From NCBI GenBank assembly GCA_963727625.1, contig CAVSHR010000004.1:1152001-1216000 (forward strand): DNA of 64,000 nt, in the 5' to 3' direction. This DNA comes from an uncultured delta proteobacterium. GTDB taxonomy: Bacteria; Desulfobacterota; Binatia; UBA9968. Positions 60,319 to 64,000 of the stretch are shown here, one piece after another (position 1 is the stretch's first letter; each line of letters starts with the position of its first letter). A program made the translations under genes and the position numbers. The notes beneath the pieces were generated by a model. It worked only from the letters and a program-made list of their open reading frames with translations, searched no databases and was not told the DNA's origin.

Positions 60319-60805
60319 GTTGTACCTCCCATCAAAACCTGCCGGCGATTGCGGCCGGCGGCGATCCATCACCGTAAAATAATCGGGATTTCTCTTTTTG
60401 GCAAAGGCCCTCGTGTCCTTACCATTTGACAAAAGGATCAGCTCACGCAGGCGGCGTGAATAACCGTACATTTCAACGTTTCGAGAATTCCCTAAACATT
60501 GAAGTTCCGCATACGAATCTGACCTTGAACTATTGAACGCTTGAACCTTGAACTCGCGTAAGCCTTTTGAACGAAGTGAAGCGCTGGAAAGCTTGGAACG
60601 CTCGGTTTCTTACTGTTGCCTATTGCCTTGCGCCCGGTGCCTGTTCGAGAAACGTTTTGAACCGAGCACAGCGGTTGAACGGCTGGAACGATTAGAGCGG
60701 CCCGGTCCCCTGGTGAACGCAGAGAAATAGTTGAACAGCTTGAACGATCTGAAGGTTTGGCTATTAAATACGATTTGCATCGGCCAGGCTGGCGATCCCG
60801 ACTCA

Positions 60806-61717
60806 ATGAAGCGATTCTTCCACTTTTCACTCATCTTTCTCAGCATTTTTCTTGCGGGAAATTCTTATGGTGACTTTACCGGGAAAGGCCATGTTCACAT
60901 GCTCTCAGAAACCAAACAGGTCTTTTTGAATCCAGACTGCCGTTCCACCGGCACTTGCGATCTCAAGAAATTCGCGCTCACCCAGCTCGTTTACGAAGTC
61001 TGGTTCAGCGACGACTCCAACTATCCCACCTACGGCAACGGCGCGATCATGGAATATGAGACCGATTCCGTCGCTACGATCGAGAAATACGCCGTGGTTC
61101 AATTCAAAAAAGGCTGCGTTTTTTACAGTTCACAAAATCGCCAAGGCCAGATCCTTAGGAACGTCAGCGACACCGTGCCGAGTTTCGGGGGAAATGCTCC
61201 TTTTTGTTTTCCGAAGTGGGTGATCGATTCGCAGGACACCGATCCCGCATACAACAGCGATCCTGAATACGGCAGGTTTTATTTATTAAGGTGGAATAGA
61301 CCCGGCTCCTACGACAACCGGACACAAAAATTCTACGGCGCTGAAAAGCCGAAGAATCCAGTGGTTTACATGGCCGATTATCCCGCCGGCGCGTTCGTTA
61401 CCGCAACCGGCGTAAGAAACGTCGCGCTGGAGTTCAATAGCTGCATCTACAAGGCGAGCGAGGTTCCCCCCGACACAAGACGCGACAACATTAACTTCGC
61501 CAAGCCCATCAACTGCTTCCAGTGGCAAAGCGTCTATGTCTACGATTTTGATCAGAGTAGGTTTCTGACCCGAATGGCGGGCGCTCCGTGGTGGGAAGAG
61601 CCGGAAAGGCCCGTGAACGTGCAGCGAGCCGTAATATTCGTCACCCTGCTTATCGCACTCGCACTCGTTACTCTTGCACTCTTCGGCAACCTTCTCTGGC
61701 GAAAAGGTCGCTGGTAA
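60806..61717 (+). CDS. Hypothetical exported, Cys-containing protein with a C-terminal membrane anchor
   Basis: Signal peptide MKRFFHFSLIFLSIFLAG; C-terminal TM followed by WRKGRW; no family recognised. Confidence 0.7.
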   Translation: MKRFFHFSLIFLSIFLAGNSYGDFTGKGHVHMLSETKQVFLNPDCRSTGTCDLKKFALTQLVYEVWFSDDSNYPTYGNGAIMEYETDSVATIEKYAVVQFKKGCVFYSSQNRQGQILRNVSDTVPSFGGNAPFCFPKWVIDSQDTDPAYNSDPEYGRFYLLRWNRPGSYDNRTQKFYGAEKPKNPVVYMADYPAGAFVTATGVRNVALEFNSCIYKASEVPPDTRRDNINFAKPINCFQWQSVYVYDFDQSRFLTRMAGAPWWEEPERPVNVQRAVIFVTLLIALALVTLALFGNLLWRKGRW

Positions 61718-61782
61718 CCAATAAGACGCTGTATTAAACCCGGGCCGGCTCAGCCTATGCCCCTTTCTCTTCCACCTCAAAA

Positions 61783-62870
61783 CTAGCCGGCGAGACCGAA
61801 GAGCCGAAGCGCATTTTGACCGAGGACTCCTTCTTTCGCCAGCGCCGATAAACCTTCGCGCGCGCGAATCGCCGGCACGGTATTCGGCCAGCTCCCCATG
61901 GTATCCGCATGGGGGTAATCGGTACCGACGACCCAGCTTTGATGACCGTATCACTCGACCAAAACGCCCAGCAACGCCTCTGTCGTTCGTACGGAGAAAT
62001 ACAAGCGGTCAAGGTAGTCGAGAGGTTCTCGTTTGGGCTTGGACGTCAATCTACTGTAATCGCCCTCGCCGGAATAGACCGCGACGAGACCTTCCGTTAA
62101 ATGGGGAATCTGCGTGCCGCCGCACTCGAGAAAACAGAAGTTCAGCTTAGGGAACGCGTCGAGCACGCCGCCGAACATGCGATTGGCGATAGTGATGGAA
62201 TTCTCCATTGAGTTGCCGAGCGTGCTCCAGAAGCCATAGCCTCGCGTCGCATAGTGGCGAGCCATGCGCCAGCCGCCGACAATCGGACCGGTGTTCACCG
62301 GATGGAAAATAATCGGGACACCGGGCTCTTCGGCTTTGGCGTAAAATGGCCAGAACTCTTCCGCGTCAAGATCCTTGTCGCCGACCGTCGTATAGCAAAC
62401 CGCTCCCTTGAGCCCGAGTTCGCCTACGGAGCGATTCAACCCATCGGTGGCCAGGTGGCGGCGCTTGCATCGGCACCGTTGCCAGACCGAGAAACTAGCC
62501 GGGAGAACTATTTGCGATCCGGCCGACGGCGTTGTTATAGGAGCGGCAAACCGCCGCGCCGAGTTCGGCCTCGACATCGTAATAGAACGAACCGTTGCTT
62601 GGCACGAGGACTTGAATATCGATCATGGCCTTCGCCATATCCGCGATGCGAACTTCCGGCTTATTGCCGGAGGAGCGCGGCCTCGGGTTAAAAAAGATTT
62701 GGAATTGCGCGGACGTAATCGGGGATGTTGCGTTGGCGCGACGGATAAGCCACCCAGGAATTACCCTTCGCGTCCGTCTCAATGCGCGGACCCTGCTGGC
62801 GGAATGCAGCCGATACCTCTGCGAAGGCATCCTCAGGTAAGATATGCGAGTCGCAATCAACGTAAGCCAT
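61783..62870 (-). pseudogene. Degraded amidohydrolase_2 (ACMSD-like) gene
   Basis: VDCDSH, VCRSYNN, LATVPMQ, FWPFYAKAEE, IIFHP, FLECGG and VGTDYPH are spread over frames, with two frameshifts and stops at 62495 and 61951. Confidence 0.85.
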
Positions 62871-63946
62871 CTTGTAATCTCCTCTCCAATTGAAAACGCC
62901 GTGCTTGTTTAATTGCGTATTCCGAGCCTCGCCTCATAAAAGGGACAGTCTACGTTTTCTTTCGGCCCGCGGCCGACCACGGGACGCAACCTGCTGCCGA
63001 GTCCGAAGATCGACATCTCCTCTTGCGAGAACGCTTTCCCTAACGCTCTTTGCCGGTTTCCCTTTTTGCTTTTTAGCTAGAGCGAGCAGTTCATAAGGTC
63101 CAGTCGTTTCGCGGTCTGTTTCTTGATGGCGTTAAACGCCTTGAACGTAGCAAAGCGGTTGAACAACTTGAACGTTTTGAACGACCAGAGTGTCGCTCTC
63201 GCCGCACGCCTCACGTCTCACGCTTTTTTGAATCTTGAACCCTTGAAAAGCTACCTTCCAATTATCGCCTCTGGCCATTCATGACGAACAGGTCCCTAAC
63301 CTTGCCGATCTCGCCACGACCCAGCTTCTATCACGCGCGACAGCGGCCGTTCAATGAAAAAACAATTCGTCCCCGCTTGTCCCTTCGACGTTTTGAGAAT
63401 TCTCAATACCTGAACGTTCTCTCCGAGTTCTAATTGTCTTGAACGGGTCGCCTCTTATTTTTGCCTATTGCCCGCCGCCTCGAGCTGCAAGCCCATACGA
63501 CCGCACCGATTGAAAGATTGGGACCCGGCCTCCCCGTCGGCAAAGGGCAAATATATCTCATGGACCGGCTTGACTTAGGTTCTGTCTTTGAGACCCTATA
63601 ATCAGCGACCTGTCCCGGCCGCTTCGGTTTTGATTGAACTTCGTACCCTTGAACGCGCCGCGACCACGAGCGTTTTGAACGGAGCGCAGCGGTTGAACGG
63701 CTTAAACGTTTTGAACGAGCCTCGGTATCCATTCGTCTCGACGGTTTCTAGAGCAAATTAGCACCAACGAAAAAATCCCTGGCAACTCCTTCAAGGAGTA
63801 TGATGAAAAGAAAAAAGCGAGTCTGCAAAAGCTGGGAGTGAAAACAAAAAAGACCCATTAGCGGCGTGGGAAGGTCGTCGACCGAAGCGCGGCGCCGCAA
63901 CCGCAATTCGGAATATCGCGCGCAAAGCGGCAAAGGCCGCCTAGGA

Positions 63947-63973
63947 TGTCATTTCGACCGAAGTGGAGAAATC
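63947..63973 (+). repeat. REP-like element start (TGTCATTTCGACCGAAGTGGAGAAATC), possibly running past the window end
   Basis: Resembles the GTCATT[T/C]CGA...GAAATC class of palindromic repeats; a degraded relative TTGTCATT...AATGACAA lies at 56562-56608. Confidence 0.45.
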
Positions 63974-64000
63974 CATCTTGGATCTGTCGCTTTACTCCAA

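Larger units (their letters stand above)
56745..63720 (+). repeat. Dispersed intergenic repeat family, consensus ~TTGAACGGAGCGAAGCGGTTGAACGGCTTGAACGTTTTGAACG
   Basis: Copies at about 56745-56781, 57764-57800, 59043-59086, 60566-60600, 60655-60700, 63140-63183 and 63673-63718, all in the same orientation. Confidence 0.8.

Noticed and set aside
56745-63720. CRISPR array interpretation of the TTGAAC repeats
   Set aside because: Copies are degenerate, irregularly spaced by hundreds to thousands of bases, and there are no cas genes
62890-63933. Small ORFs at the window end
   Set aside because: They overlap repeat-rich DNA and show no coding motifs

Overview
The window has two halves separated by a tRNA(CAT) gene at 30801-30877. 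The left ~30 kb looks like a decaying catabolic genomic island anchored at the tRNA 3' end, with a tyrosine-integrase remnant cut by an IS5-family element. It carries five amidohydrolase_2 paralogs, three gentisate/1-hydroxy-2-naphthoate-type bicupin dioxygenases, two near-identical copies of a NahE/PhdJ-type hydratase-aldolase, a NicX/M29-like metalloenzyme, an SDR, a VOC protein and three partly incomplete ABC uptake systems. I found no transcription factor and no ring-hydroxylating oxygenase in it. The right half starts with core genes (rpoD, dnaG, cvpA, yqeY, rpsU, GDPD, tlyA, dxs, ispA). These run directly into a light-stress/carotenoid cluster: crtE-crtI-crtB-cruF, a glycosyltransferase and acyltransferase, a class II photolyase, DUF523/DUF1722, SRPBCC, a YbjT-like gene and a frameshifted TIGR01777 gene. 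The cluster contains a CarH-type cobalamin sensor (Wx9EH + ExHxxG) fused to a C-terminal XRE/Cro HTH instead of the usual N-terminal MerR domain, and its divergent promoter holds a perfect 24-bp palindrome. This is the best candidate for an undescribed system. The last 8 kb holds stress genes, pseudogenes and a family of TTGAAC-periodic intergenic repeats. Gene content suggests a Candidatus Binatota-like (deltaproteobacterial) soil or sediment bacterium, but that is inference only. All calls come from reading motifs by eye; no database search was run.
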